From the NCBI GenBank assembly GCA_017993615.1, contig JAGOMJ010000001.1:25425-89424 (forward strand): DNA of 64,000 nucleotides, written 5' to 3'. Made by a program: the position numbers and the translations under genes. Below are positions 1 to 10,290 of this stretch, one piece after another. The number at the start of each line of letters is the position of its first letter. Position 1 is the first letter of the stretch. Source of the stretch: Smithella sp. Its GTDB lineage: Bacteria > Desulfobacterota > Syntrophia > Syntrophales > Smithellaceae. The notes beneath the pieces were generated by a model. That model was given only the letters and a program-made list of their open reading frames with translations, was not told the origin of the DNA and ran no database searches.

Positions 1-112
1 TCTTTGTTTCGCTGTGGGACTTTGAAACGCCCTGGTACAGGCAAAACTTTACTTATTAACACGGATCAGTTTTGTCATGATATGAATGATTTCAAAACCG
101 TTACTGTGATCT

Positions 113-2332
113 ATGGAAAATAAACCTGGCAGAAGCATTATTGACGAAAAAGAATTAAGTAAACGACGCCGCGAACGAATTATTATGGTGGTCGTCGGCG
201 TTCTGGCCATTATTGTTACCCTGATGGCCAGTCAGCTGTTCAACAAGGAAAACCTGCCTCTTTCGACGAACATTTTTGTTTACGGCCTGACCAGTATCAA
301 TTTCATTCTCATTGTTCTGTTGATGTTTCTCATTATCAGAAACATTGTCAAACTGTTTTACGAACACCGCCGCGGGGTCATCGGGTCCCGCTTAAGAACA
401 AAACTGGTAGCCGCATTCGTCGGCCTGTCGCTTGTTCCAACCATCCTGCTTTTTTTGTTTGCGATCAATTTTCTTTCTTACAGTATTGATTTCTGGTTCA
501 ACATTAAAATCGGCGATGCATTAAACCGTTCGCTGGAAGTTGCTCAGGTTTATTACCAGCAGATGGAAGAGCATGCCAAGTTCAACGCCCGTCAAATCAG
601 TGCGGATATAACAAAAAACCGCCTTTACGAACAAGATCGTGTTGAATATCTCAAAAGCTTCGTCACGCAACGTCAAAAAAACTACAAAGCGGGGATGGTG
701 GAAACATTTTTCGATTTCCAGCAGGAAAAACTGACGTTTGCCGATGCGGAGGATCCGGATATACTGCCGGTGGATCCCACGCCGAAAATGATGGAAAACA
801 TTTATCTGGGCAAGGAAGAATCGATCATCCATCCGGCGGAAAAGGGCGATGTGATTGTCGGCATCGTGCCGGTATTTTCCTATGCAGTGCCGACGGAAGT
901 CATCGGCCGGGTGTCGGTGAGCTACATGATCCCCAAGGGGTTTGTCGATAAATTAAGAAGCATTGCCGATGCGTCGGAGCAATATCGCAAAATCGAACTG
1001 CTGAAAAAACCCATTAAACTCAATTATATGGTCACGCTGTCGATCGTGACGCTGGTGATCATATTTTTGGCCATCTGGTTCGGTTTGACATTGTCAAAAG
1101 GCATTACCGGCCCTGTGCAGGATCTGGTGCAGGCAACCAACAGAATCACGCAAGGAGACCTGGACACCCGCATTGATATTGACGCGGATGATGAAATAGG
1201 GACGCTGGTGAAATCATTCAATCAAATGACGAAAGATTTGAAAAAGAGTAAAACCAGCCTTGAAGAAGCCAATCTGAATCTGGAACAACGGCGCAAATAC
1301 ATGGAAACCGTGTTGCGCAATGTTTCCGCCGGGGTGATTTCCGTGGATAAAACGGGTATCATTACGACGATCAACCGTGCGGCGGAACACATGTTTGACA
1401 TCCGGTCGGAGAAAATTCTGTTTCGCAATTACCGGGAACTGATGATTCCCGAACACATATCGCTGGTGGATGAATTTCTTCAGGAAATGAAGGAAAAAAA
1501 TGAAAGCGTGCTGGAAAAACAGCTGGAAATCATGCTGCAAGAGAAAGCGCTGACCGTTTTGCTCACGATCACAACCATTCAGGATGAGGAAGGGAATGAT
1601 TCCGGTATCGTCGTTGTTTTCGAGGATTTGACATTGCTGCAAAAAGCGGAGCGCGCTGCGGCATGGCGTGAAGTGGCCCGGCGCATGGCGCATGAAATTA
1701 AAAATCCTCTGACGCCGGTTCAACTCTCCGCACAGCGGCTTCAGCGGAAATATGAAGATAAACTCGGGGAAGACGGTTCCGTGTTCAAAGAATGCACGCA
1801 GACCATTATCGATCAGGTGGAGGTATTGAAAAATCTGGTGAATGAATTCTCGCGTTACGCGAGGATGCCGGTTACCTCGCCGTCTCCCAATGATTTGAAT
1901 GCTGTGGTCTCCGAAGCCGTCTCGCTGTTTCAGGATGCGCATAAAGACATCGTCTTTGATTTGAAAACAGCCGATGGTTTGCCGAAATTCGATCTGGATG
2001 CAGAGCAGATCAACCGAGTCATGATCAATCTTCTGGATAACGCTGTCGCGGCGATGAATAAGAAAAACGGACACATTGAAATCGCCGTCAGTTATGATGA
2101 ACAACATCGCCGTGCTTCTGTTTCCGTCGCCGATGACGGTCCGGGAGTACCTTCCAGCTATAAACGGAAGGTCTTTGAGCCTTATTTTTCCACCAAGAAA
2201 TCGGGAACCGGACTGGGGTTGGCTATTGTCAGTTCGATCATTTCCGATCATCATGGTCAGGTGAATGTCAGCGATAACAGCCCCACGGGAACGATTGTCT
2301 CTTTCCAACTGCCGGTTTCAAAAGCGTCGTGA
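113..2332 (+). CDS. ntrY: NtrY-like sensor histidine kinase (N-terminal TM segments, HAMP, PAS, HisKA, HATPase_c)
   Basis: 739-aa ORF. H-box RRMAHEIKNPLTP and G-boxes DDGPGV / GTGLGLAIV. Followed directly by a sigma54-type response regulator. Confidence 0.8.
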   Translation: MENKPGRSIIDEKELSKRRRERIIMVVVGVLAIIVTLMASQLFNKENLPLSTNIFVYGLTSINFILIVLLMFLIIRNIVKLFYEHRRGVIGSRLRTKLVAAFVGLSLVPTILLFLFAINFLSYSIDFWFNIKIGDALNRSLEVAQVYYQQMEEHAKFNARQISADITKNRLYEQDRVEYLKSFVTQRQKNYKAGMVETFFDFQQEKLTFADAEDPDILPVDPTPKMMENIYLGKEESIIHPAEKGDVIVGIVPVFSYAVPTEVIGRVSVSYMIPKGFVDKLRSIADASEQYRKIELLKKPIKLNYMVTLSIVTLVIIFLAIWFGLTLSKGITGPVQDLVQATNRITQGDLDTRIDIDADDEIGTLVKSFNQMTKDLKKSKTSLEEANLNLEQRRKYMETVLRNVSAGVISVDKTGIITTINRAAEHMFDIRSEKILFRNYRELMIPEHISLVDEFLQEMKEKNESVLEKQLEIMLQEKALTVLLTITTIQDEEGNDSGIVVVFEDLTLLQKAERAAAWREVARRMAHEIKNPLTPVQLSAQRLQRKYEDKLGEDGSVFKECTQTIIDQVEVLKNLVNEFSRYARMPVTSPSPNDLNAVVSEAVSLFQDAHKDIVFDLKTADGLPKFDLDAEQINRVMINLLDNAVAAMNKKNGHIEIAVSYDEQHRRASVSVADDGPGVPSSYKRKVFEPYFSTKKSGTGLGLAIVSSIISDHHGQVNVSDNSPTGTIVSFQLPVSKAS

Positions 2333-2472
2333 GACTCACGTCTGATAAGGCCCGGGCAGCGGAAACAGTCACCGGAAGATTGCGGAACGTCGCAGCGCAT
2401 GTACCCGAAGGCTTGCGTTACGGTTCATTCCCGTGATATATAAAAAAAAGTTTACGCGTAGAAAGAGTGAGC

Positions 2473-3843
2473 ATGAAGGAAACCATTCTTGTTGTTGACG
2501 ATGAAGAAAGCATCTGTCAGTCCCTGAAAGCAATTCTCAGCGATGAGGGGTATCAGGTTCTGGTTGCCGGCAGCGGTGAAGAAGCCGTAAAAGTGGTCGA
2601 AGAGGAGATGCCGAGGCTCGTTCTTCTCGATATCTGGCTTCCGGGGATGGACGGTCTGGACACGCTGAAAGCCATCAAGAAAATCGATGCCCAGACCATG
2701 GTCATTATCATGTCCGGTCACGGGACAATTGAGACAGCCGTGAAAGCGACAAAACTCGGCGCTTTCGATTTTATTGAAAAGCCTCTTTCGCTCGATAAAA
2801 TCATCATCCTGGTCAATAATGCCTTAAGTCTGATCCGTCTTAAAGAAGAAAACATTTTATTAAAACAAAAAGTAACCCATCAGTATGAACTTACCGGAAA
2901 CAGCCCTGTGATCGTGGATCTCAAGGAAATGATAAGCATTGTTGCGCCGACGAATGCCTGGATCCTGATCATGGGTGAAAACGGAACAGGTAAAGAACTG
3001 GTGGCGCGTTCGATTCATCGTTTGAGCCTGAGAGCGGACAAGGATATTGTTGAGGTGAACTGCGCGGCGATTCCGGAAGAACTCATCGAAAGCGAATTAT
3101 TCGGGCACGAAAAAGGCGCCTTCACCGGGGCGACGGAAAAGAAACGCGGGAAATTTGATCTGGCGCACGAAGGCACGATCTTTCTGGATGAAGTTGCCGA
3201 CATGAGTTTGAAGGCGCAGGCCAAAATTTTACGCATTCTGCAGGAGAAAAAATTCGAGCGGGTCGGCGGCAACAGATTGATCGACATGGATGTGCGCGTT
3301 CTGGCCGCAACCAATAAGGATCTGGAAGAGGAAATGAAAGCAGGCCGTTTCCGTCAGGATCTTTATTACCGCCTGCACGTCATTCCGCTGGTTGTTCCGC
3401 CGTTACGCGACAGAAAAGAAGATATTCCGGCGCTGGCTGAAAGGTTTATCCTGGATTTTACCCGGAAGGAAGGTATGGAACCGAAAATACTCAGTGATGA
3501 CGCCATCGAACTGCTGATGAAACATGACTGGCCGGGAAATGTCCGCGAATTGAAAAATATTATTGAACGAATGATTATTCTGACCCCCTCCAACGACATA
3601 ACCGCCAAGGATATTCCGCCGCTCAATACGAAAGAGGCAAAGAGCGTATTTCCCGGTACACCGGTTGCCGCCGCTGATTCTTTCAGGGACGCCAAAATGG
3701 ATTTTGAACGACAGTTTATTCTGAAAAAACTGGAAGAAAACGATGGAAACATTTCCAGAACCGCGGAAGCCATCGGTATGGAACGCAGCAACCTCCATAA
3801 AAAGCTCAGGAGCCTCAATGTGGTCATCAAGGGGGACGCTTAA
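2473..3843 (+). CDS. ntrX: Sigma-54-dependent response regulator (receiver + AAA+ + Fis-type HTH), NtrX/NtrC family
   Basis: Receiver LVVDDEE...LLDIWLPGMDG, Walker A GENGTGKE, GAFTGA motif, C-terminal HTH. ATG at 2473 is preferred over the GTG at 2467 (spacing to AAAGAG). Confidence 0.85.
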   Translation: MKETILVVDDEESICQSLKAILSDEGYQVLVAGSGEEAVKVVEEEMPRLVLLDIWLPGMDGLDTLKAIKKIDAQTMVIIMSGHGTIETAVKATKLGAFDFIEKPLSLDKIIILVNNALSLIRLKEENILLKQKVTHQYELTGNSPVIVDLKEMISIVAPTNAWILIMGENGTGKELVARSIHRLSLRADKDIVEVNCAAIPEELIESELFGHEKGAFTGATEKKRGKFDLAHEGTIFLDEVADMSLKAQAKILRILQEKKFERVGGNRLIDMDVRVLAATNKDLEEEMKAGRFRQDLYYRLHVIPLVVPPLRDRKEDIPALAERFILDFTRKEGMEPKILSDDAIELLMKHDWPGNVRELKNIIERMIILTPSNDITAKDIPPLNTKEAKSVFPGTPVAAADSFRDAKMDFERQFILKKLEENDGNISRTAEAIGMERSNLHKKLRSLNVVIKGDA

Positions 3844-4826
3844 ACCTGTTTTTCGTTGTTGATCTGGTTTTTCATTTCGGAAATTGAAAACTTGTTGAAG
3901 GGTATAAAGATAACGCCCAGCACCACCACAACGATCATGGAAAGAAAATGATAAACGACAGCAAACGAAAGCGCTTCCACTTTTGCCACGTTGAAGAGGC
4001 TTAACCCCAAGACACAGGCAAAGTGCCAGTTGCCGATGAAACCGGGCGCCGTCGGAATGGCTATCCCCACAATCAGAATAATCATTAAAACAAACGAAGC
4101 GATTACCGGAAGATGAAATCCGAAAGCCAGAAAAAGTACATAAATGGCCAGCACGTCCAGCAGCCAGACCGTGACCGAAAGAAAGATCAGATATAAAAGC
4201 AGGTTGATATTCGTGACAATTTGCAACCCGTTGGTGAAGTTGTACAGCAACTCGTCGATTTTATCGGCCAGCCGGCCCGGAAGCATCGCCAGTACTTTGT
4301 TGACCAGTTGAAGGGTTTCTTTCCTGCGCAGGATCATAAAAAGAATAAAACAGAATATCGCCAGCGCCAGCAAAAAGAAAATAATGCTGGAATGGATCAT
4401 CCATGAAGGCAAATCGATGAAAAAGAGAAGAAGGATGGCAATGCCCAGGACGGTAAAGCTGTCCAGAACTCTTTCAATGATAATGGTACCCAGCGCGGAC
4501 GACATTTTTACAGAACTTTTTTGGGAAATTAAATATGGTCTTGCCAGTTCCCCCATCCGTGCCGGGATGGCCGCAATCGCCAGAAAGCCGACCGATGTGA
4601 CCGAGAAAAGGGAGACCTGGTCGATTTTCTCCAGGGGTTGCAGAATAACGCCCCAGCGATAGGACCGCAGATACTGCATTAAAATGATCAGAAAAAGAAA
4701 GAGGATAACGTAGGTGAGTTCAATTTTATTCAGATCATTCAAAACATCCTGCAGACTGATTCCTCTGACGGACAAGTAGACCAGAAGCGCACTGATCAGA
4801 ATGCCAAAGCCGACTTTTTTGTTCAT
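3840..4826 (-). CDS. Lysylphosphatidylglycerol-synthase-TM-like (UPF0104 flippase-like) integral membrane protein
   Basis: 328-aa polytopic hydrophobic ORF whose layout resembles the UPF0104 family. Its stop overlaps the end of the upstream gene. Confidence 0.6.
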   Translation of the reverse strand: MNKKVGFGILISALLVYLSVRGISLQDVLNDLNKIELTYVILFLFLIILMQYLRSYRWGVILQPLEKIDQVSLFSVTSVGFLAIAAIPARMGELARPYLISQKSSVKMSSALGTIIIERVLDSFTVLGIAILLLFFIDLPSWMIHSSIIFFLLALAIFCFILFMILRRKETLQLVNKVLAMLPGRLADKIDELLYNFTNGLQIVTNINLLLYLIFLSVTVWLLDVLAIYVLFLAFGFHLPVIASFVLMIILIVGIAIPTAPGFIGNWHFACVLGLSLFNVAKVEALSFAVVYHFLSMIVVVVLGVIFIPFNKFSISEMKNQINNEKQV

Positions 4827-4857
4827 GAATTTACCCGGCCATTATGCTCACAAGCCA

Positions 4858-5262
4858 TCATTCTTTGACCAGGTTGTCCGCAATTCTGTCGTGTATCAGT
4901 TGAGAAGAAAGCTTGTTTCCAATAACGCCGACGCGAATCGCCACCGTGGTTAGGTTCTTTGCCTTGTACGCAATATCGAATTTGACTTTTTCATCGTTGA
5001 TGATCGTCTGAATGGTTCCCCGGGCGATTTCTTTTTCCGGTGCCACGTCAATGCCGTGCATTCCGGCGATTGTTTTTTCACAGGCCTTCCATACCTGATC
5101 GAACGATTTATTGTAATCCGTTTTGAGTTCTCCGTTGATGTATAAATAGGTGCCGGCTCCCGCACCGGCGGCCGCTCCTCCGACCATCAGCGGTACGCAT
5201 CCGGAAAAAAGGAAAGGGATCAATATGCATGAGATAAAGGATAGAAAAACATTTCTTTTCAT
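4858..5262 (-). CDS. DUF3568-like lipoprotein
   Basis: Signal peptide with lipobox LFSGC, followed by a Gly/Ala-rich stretch. Internal Met (MKRNVF...) chosen as start. Confidence 0.6.
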   Translation of the reverse strand: MKRNVFLSFISCILIPFLFSGCVPLMVGGAAAGAGAGTYLYINGELKTDYNKSFDQVWKACEKTIAGMHGIDVAPEKEIARGTIQTIINDEKVKFDIAYKAKNLTTVAIRVGVIGNKLSSQLIHDRIADNLVKE

Positions 5263-5358
5263 GTGTCTTCCTCCCGTGATTCGTTGGCGGTATTTAAAGC
5301 ACATGTCGTCGGTGATTGCAACGGCAATTATGGGGAAACAGGGGGTGCCGCAGAAAAG

Positions 5359-6423
5359 TCAGCGAGTGGGTTGATTCAGTTTTTCAAACTCGATTAAAAG
5401 TTCTTCCTGCTTTTTACTCAGCGTTGTGGGAATCTCCACACACACTTCGACGATCTGATCGCCGCGTCCGAACCCGCGGATGTGCGGGATGCCTTTGCCC
5501 CTGAGCCTGAAGGTTTTGCCGTTTTGTGTTCCTCTGGGAATTTTCATTTTTTCCTTGCCCTGCAGCGTGGGCACTTCGATGGTGCCCCCGAGCGCCGCCT
5601 GCACAAAGGAGATCGGCGCCCGGCAAATGACGTCATCTCCCGACCTGTTGAAAAACTCGTGCTCTTCCACGTTGATGAAAACATAAAGATCGCCGTCGGG
5701 ACCGCCTTGACTGCCTGTTTCCCCTTCTCCGCGCAGACGCAGACGCGAACCGGTTTCAACACCGGCGGGAATTTTCAATTGAACGGTTTTGATGATCCGA
5801 TCTTTTCCCGTACCCCGGCAGTTTTCGCAGGGGGTCGATATAACCTTGCCATGCCCGTTGCAGTGCGGACAGGTGGAGCTGATGGTAAAAAAGCCGCTGG
5901 ACTGTATCACCTGGCCTCGTCCCCTGCAGGTGCGGCAGATTTCCGGGGAGGACCCGGGCGCCGCTCCTGTGCCCTGACAATGATGGCATGTGGTCAGTTT
6001 TTCCAGATCAATTGCTGTGGTGGTTCCGAAAGCGGCATCCAAAAAAGAGATGGTCAGATCGTAACGCAAATCGGCGCCGGCAGTGGCGTACGAATGAGAC
6101 CGCCCCCGAGCATTGCCGTAACCGAAAACGTCATCAAAGATATTGCTGAAATGAGAAAAAATATCGTCGAACCCGCTGAAGCCCCTGAATCCGGTGCTGT
6201 TTAATCCTTCGTGACCGTAGTGATCGTAAATTTCTCTTTTTTCTCTGTCGCTTAATACTTCGTAGGCTTCGGCGGCTTCTTTAAATCTTTCCTCCGCCTT
6301 TTTATTGCCGGGGTTTCTGTCCGGATGGCACTGCATCGCTATTGCACGGTAGCTTTTTTTTATTTCGTCCTCGGAAGCCGTTCTCGGGACATTCAGTATG
6401 TCGTAATAATCCTTCTTCGTCAT
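5359..6423 (-). CDS. dnaJ: Molecular chaperone DnaJ (J domain, G/F region, four CxxCxGxG zinc-finger repeats)
   Basis: J domain DYYDILNV...HPD. Zinc repeats [32 protein letters not shown]. Confidence 0.93.
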   Translation of the reverse strand: MTKKDYYDILNVPRTASEDEIKKSYRAIAMQCHPDRNPGNKKAEERFKEAAEAYEVLSDREKREIYDHYGHEGLNSTGFRGFSGFDDIFSHFSNIFDDVFGYGNARGRSHSYATAGADLRYDLTISFLDAAFGTTTAIDLEKLTTCHHCQGTGAAPGSSPEICRTCRGRGQVIQSSGFFTISSTCPHCNGHGKVISTPCENCRGTGKDRIIKTVQLKIPAGVETGSRLRLRGEGETGSQGGPDGDLYVFINVEEHEFFNRSGDDVICRAPISFVQAALGGTIEVPTLQGKEKMKIPRGTQNGKTFRLRGKGIPHIRGFGRGDQIVEVCVEIPTTLSKKQEELLIEFEKLNQPTR

Positions 6424-6698
6424 GCGCTTTTTAAGTCAACCTCGTTTTGTATTATTTTTTTAAGAGCCTCAATTTCTGTCCTGTTGTCTGTTTTCTGCAT
6501 GGCCTGAAGAGCACGGGAGAAATTTTATTGTTCGATTGGTTTTTCGCCGATTCTTTCCCGGTCTGAGGGTTTTACGTCCATGTGAGGGCTTGGCCATCTG
6601 CTGAAAGAGCAGGACATCTCCGTTGCCAAACGCGACATCTCTGATTTTATGCTTGCGTGTAATTTAACAATCAATTGGCGTTCGTCAATATTCGAATA

Positions 6699-7580
6699 TC
6701 ACCCGACCAATCGTTTCAGGGCCTCCTCGTATTTTTTTCTTGTGTTTTCTATGATTTCCGAAGGGAGTTGCGGCGCGGGCGGCTTCTGGTTCCAGTTAAT
6801 GGAAAGCAGGTAATCCCTTAAGAATTGTTTATCGTAACTTTTTTGCGCATGACCTTCTTTGTATTCGTCGGCCGGCCAGAAACGCGAAGAATCGGGAGTC
6901 AGCAGCTCGTCAATCAACATTAAGTTCCCGTCCAGGAGGCCGAATTCCATTTTCGTGTCGGCAATAATGATTCCTGCCTTCAGCGCCATGGAGGCTGCTC
7001 TCTGATAGATCGCCAGGGAAATATTTATTACGCTGGCGGTCAGTTCGGCTCCGATAATATCTGCCATTTCTTTTCTGCTGATCGGCGAATCATGTTCTCC
7101 CTCCGGCGCTTTGGTTGTCGGCGTAAAAATCGCTTCCGGTAATCGGGAAGATTCTTTCAACCCGGCCGGTAATGTGATGCCGGAGATAGTCCTGTCTCTC
7201 TGATAATCCTTCCAGCCCGAGCCGCTGATATAGCCGCGGACAATACATTCCACCGGAAGGGGTGTGGCTTTTTTTACCAGCATGCTTCTTCCTTCCAGAC
7301 TGTCGCGGTAGGGAGCCGTCTCTGCCGGAAACTCGGCGGGGTTGGTGGAGACAATGTGATGGGGGATGATATCTTTCATTTTTTCAAACCAGAAAGCGGA
7401 CATCTGATTCAGAATCACGCCCTTGCCGGGGACGGGATCCGGCATAATAACGTCAAAAGCGGAAATGCGATCGGTGGTTACAATCAGCATATAATTACCG
7501 ACGGAATAAATATCGCGCACCTTGCCGCGACTGATCAGATTCAGTTCGTGGAAGTCTGTTTTCTGTATGCTTTTTATCAT
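6699..7580 (-). CDS. purC: Phosphoribosylaminoimidazole-succinocarboxamide (SAICAR) synthase
   Basis: 293-aa ORF with GKVRDIY, TDRISAFD and IADTKMEFG motifs. Confidence 0.92.
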   Translation of the reverse strand: MIKSIQKTDFHELNLISRGKVRDIYSVGNYMLIVTTDRISAFDVIMPDPVPGKGVILNQMSAFWFEKMKDIIPHHIVSTNPAEFPAETAPYRDSLEGRSMLVKKATPLPVECIVRGYISGSGWKDYQRDRTISGITLPAGLKESSRLPEAIFTPTTKAPEGEHDSPISRKEMADIIGAELTASVINISLAIYQRAASMALKAGIIIADTKMEFGLLDGNLMLIDELLTPDSSRFWPADEYKEGHAQKSYDKQFLRDYLLSINWNQKPPAPQLPSEIIENTRKKYEEALKRLVG

Positions 7581-7595
7581 AAAAATAAATTCCTT

Positions 7596-8225
7596 TTAGC
7601 GGAAAAATGGATTGTATCTTTTTTCATGTCCGACGGTGGAGGTCGGTGTGCTGCCGTAATTATGTCCGGGCATGACTTTGGTATCATCGGGTAAGGTAAA
7701 TATTTTTTCCCTGACGGCTCTGGATAATTCCTGCCACGAGCCGCCCGGTAAATCCGTTCTGCCGACGGCTTCCACAAAAAGCGTATCTCCGGTAAAGACA
7801 AAGCCGGGCGTGTAAAGACAGATTCCTCCGGGAGAATGCCCCGGTGTATGAATCACCCTGAGTTCGACGTTGCCCGCGGAAAGGATGTCTCCTTCCTTAA
7901 CCAGCCTATCGGCCGGGGGAGATGCTTTTGCGCCGAACATTCTCAAGATCATGGCCGGTGTATGCGTCAGCATTATGGCGTCGTCCTGATGGATGATAAT
8001 TTTCGCGCCCGTTGCTTTCTGCATTTCCGTATTGCCGCTGATGTGATCCACATGGCCGTGCGTATTGACGATATAATTAATCCGCAAATTATTTTTTTGA
8101 GCTTCCGCCACGATGCCTTTAATATTATCCGCCGGATCGATGACCAGTGCGTCTCCCGTTATCGGGTCGCCTACAATATAGGCAAATACCGCCATGGAAC
8201 TGACCTGCATTTGTTTAACGAACAT
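7596..8225 (-). CDS. MBL-fold metallo-hydrolase (glyoxalase II-like)
   Basis: THGHVDH metal motif. Start moved to MFVKQ..., which has GGGAGA 6 nt upstream. Confidence 0.8.
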   Translation of the reverse strand: MFVKQMQVSSMAVFAYIVGDPITGDALVIDPADNIKGIVAEAQKNNLRINYIVNTHGHVDHISGNTEMQKATGAKIIIHQDDAIMLTHTPAMILRMFGAKASPPADRLVKEGDILSAGNVELRVIHTPGHSPGGICLYTPGFVFTGDTLFVEAVGRTDLPGGSWQELSRAVREKIFTLPDDTKVMPGHNYGSTPTSTVGHEKRYNPFFR

Positions 8226-8312
8226 GGCTTGTCTCCCTGGAAAAAAGTGACTGGCTAATAACATTATTTGACGTAAAACGTCAATCGAATTTTATTCTAT
8301 AAATTGTTGAAT

Positions 8313-9656
8313 TTATTGGCGTATGAGTAAGGCTCCGAAGAATCCATCCATGTTGTGTCTGTGCGGAAATGTCCGGAAAAATCCGCTGCTGTCCGTCAAC
8401 GGACGGATGATGGTCGAAGAAGGCTTACCTAAAGAAAATTGATTATTTACCCTTAAAAAATGCTCCACGATATTTTCATTTTCTTCCGGAAGGACCGAGC
8501 AGGTGCAATATATCAGCCGGCCTCCTCGTTTAACGGCAGCGGAGGCCTGTTGCAGAATCTTTTTTTGTTGTGCCGCGAAGGAGAGGATATCGTTTTGCAT
8601 TATGCGCCATTTGATTTCCGGATTGCGGCGCAGCGTTCCCAGTCCGGAGCAGGGTGCATCCACCAGAACACAATCGAATCGTTCCCTGAAGGCATCCGGC
8701 AGACCGGCGCTTACATTGCCGGCCTGCGTTTCGATGATGGTGATTCCCAATCGGATGATTTCCTTTTTCAGCTCAGTGATTTTTTCCTGGTTGCGATCAA
8801 ACGCAAGAATGAAACCTTTGTTTTCAAGAAGGGCCGCCAGATGAGAGGATTTGCCTCCCGCGCCTGCGCATGCATCGAGAATGGATTCATTTCTTTCGGG
8901 ATTGACCAGGCAGGCAATCAACTGCGCCCCTTCATCCTGGATGCGCAGTAATCCTTTGTCGAAAAATTCTGTTTTCTGGATCGGCTTCACGGCGGTGCTT
9001 AAAATGATTCCATTCGGGGAATAGGGGGTGGTTTGGGATTCGAAGCCGGCCGCCGCAAGTTTTTCCTTTAAATCGTTGCGCGATATTTTCAACGTGTTGA
9101 CGCGCAGCGTCAGCGGCGGCAGTGTGTTGTCGGCAGAGCACAGCGCCTTTGTCTCTTGCAGACCGAATGTTTTGATCCATGTCTGAATCATCCACTCCGG
9201 ATGCGAATGAAAGGCGGCCAGGTATTCGACCGGATTTTTCTTCTCGGAAGGAAAGGATAGATTCTGACCGCGGCGCAGAAAGTTTCTTAAAATAGCGTTC
9301 ACCAGCGAACTTTTGTCGGGATTGATTATTTTGGCAATTTCAACCCCTTCATTGACCACGGCAAAATCCGGCAACCGCTCGCTGAATCTGAGCTGATACA
9401 GACTTACGCGCAAAACATTTTTGATGTCTTCTTGCATTTTTGCAAAGTCGCCGCGATACAGTTTTTTCAATAACCAGTCCAGATGACCGCGGAAACGCAG
9501 AACGCCGTAAACAAGATGGGTGAGAAGACGCCCGTCGGGGGTTCCGGATAAATTGTATTTGTCAAGACAATCGTTGATCAATGGACCGGCAAAATCATGG
9601 GCGGCATGGACCTGATTTAAAATCTCGACGGCCTGATGGCGAATAGTTTTCTTCAT
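8313..9656 (-). CDS. rsmB: 16S rRNA (cytosine967-C5)-methyltransferase
   Basis: NusB-like N-terminus, DACAGAGGKS SAM site and DAPCSGLGTLRRNPE catalytic motif. Confidence 0.9.
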   Translation of the reverse strand: MKKTIRHQAVEILNQVHAAHDFAGPLINDCLDKYNLSGTPDGRLLTHLVYGVLRFRGHLDWLLKKLYRGDFAKMQEDIKNVLRVSLYQLRFSERLPDFAVVNEGVEIAKIINPDKSSLVNAILRNFLRRGQNLSFPSEKKNPVEYLAAFHSHPEWMIQTWIKTFGLQETKALCSADNTLPPLTLRVNTLKISRNDLKEKLAAAGFESQTTPYSPNGIILSTAVKPIQKTEFFDKGLLRIQDEGAQLIACLVNPERNESILDACAGAGGKSSHLAALLENKGFILAFDRNQEKITELKKEIIRLGITIIETQAGNVSAGLPDAFRERFDCVLVDAPCSGLGTLRRNPEIKWRIMQNDILSFAAQQKKILQQASAAVKRGGRLIYCTCSVLPEENENIVEHFLRVNNQFSLGKPSSTIIRPLTDSSGFFRTFPHRHNMDGFFGALLIRQ

Positions 9657-10255
9657 GATTCGGGATGGATACCCACCGTGCTTGTATTTTCGGGATGTTT
9701 CCCCCGGACGCTCTGATAAAAATCGCGGATCATGCTCATATCGTGCTCCGGATGCCCGGTCGGGTATATCAGCGGTCCCGTCCCGCCGGTTTTGCGCGCA
9801 TAATCAATAAATGCCAGCTGGATGGGAACCTGCGCTTTGAGCGCGATATAATAAAACCCTGATTTCCAGGCATCCGTTTTGTGGCGGGTGCCTTCCGGCG
9901 CTAAAGCAAGGATGCATTTTTCTTTTTCTTTCAGCAGGGCGGCCATTTGATCGACGATATGGTGACGCGCTGCTCTCTCAACCGGAATGGCTCCCGTCCA
10001 GCTCATCAAAAAGGAAAAAGGACCGCGGAATAATTCTTTCTTCGCAATATACCGGGCGTCGATTTTCAGGGCAAATGCCAGAAGAATTCCATAAAACAAA
10101 TCCCAATTGGAGGTATGCGGCGCGACGATCAGGACGAACTTTGGCTCCCGGGGGATTTTCCCGGATGTTTTCCAGCCCAGCATTTTCAGCAGCAGCAGGG
10201 AGATTCCCCGCAGCAAAGATTTTACGAAAGGCGTGTTAAACATGGTATGGTTCAT
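9653..10255 (-). CDS. 1-acyl-sn-glycerol-3-phosphate acyltransferase family protein
   Basis: HxxxxD motif (HTSNWD) and APEGTR motif. Overlaps the rsmB start by 4 nt. Confidence 0.75.
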   Translation of the reverse strand: MNHTMFNTPFVKSLLRGISLLLLKMLGWKTSGKIPREPKFVLIVAPHTSNWDLFYGILLAFALKIDARYIAKKELFRGPFSFLMSWTGAIPVERAARHHIVDQMAALLKEKEKCILALAPEGTRHKTDAWKSGFYYIALKAQVPIQLAFIDYARKTGGTGPLIYPTGHPEHDMSMIRDFYQSVRGKHPENTSTVGIHPES

Positions 10256-10290
10256 AAAAGCCCCAGGCCTTCTTCATAAAAAATTTTATT

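Noticed and set aside
1214-2308. 364-aa antisense ORF inside ntrY. Similar long shadow ORFs occur at 5482-6204, 17650-18453, 32216-33031, 42849-43787 and 52831-53499.
   Set aside because: Each lies opposite a gene with clear family motifs. They have low-complexity, Arg/Gly/Pro-rich composition typical of antisense frames and no recognisable domains.
6420-6500. 26-aa upstream ORF ([26 protein letters not shown]) whose TGA overlaps the dnaJ ATG
   Set aside because: There is no convincing RBS and no way to test conservation here. It could be chance in a 275-nt leader.
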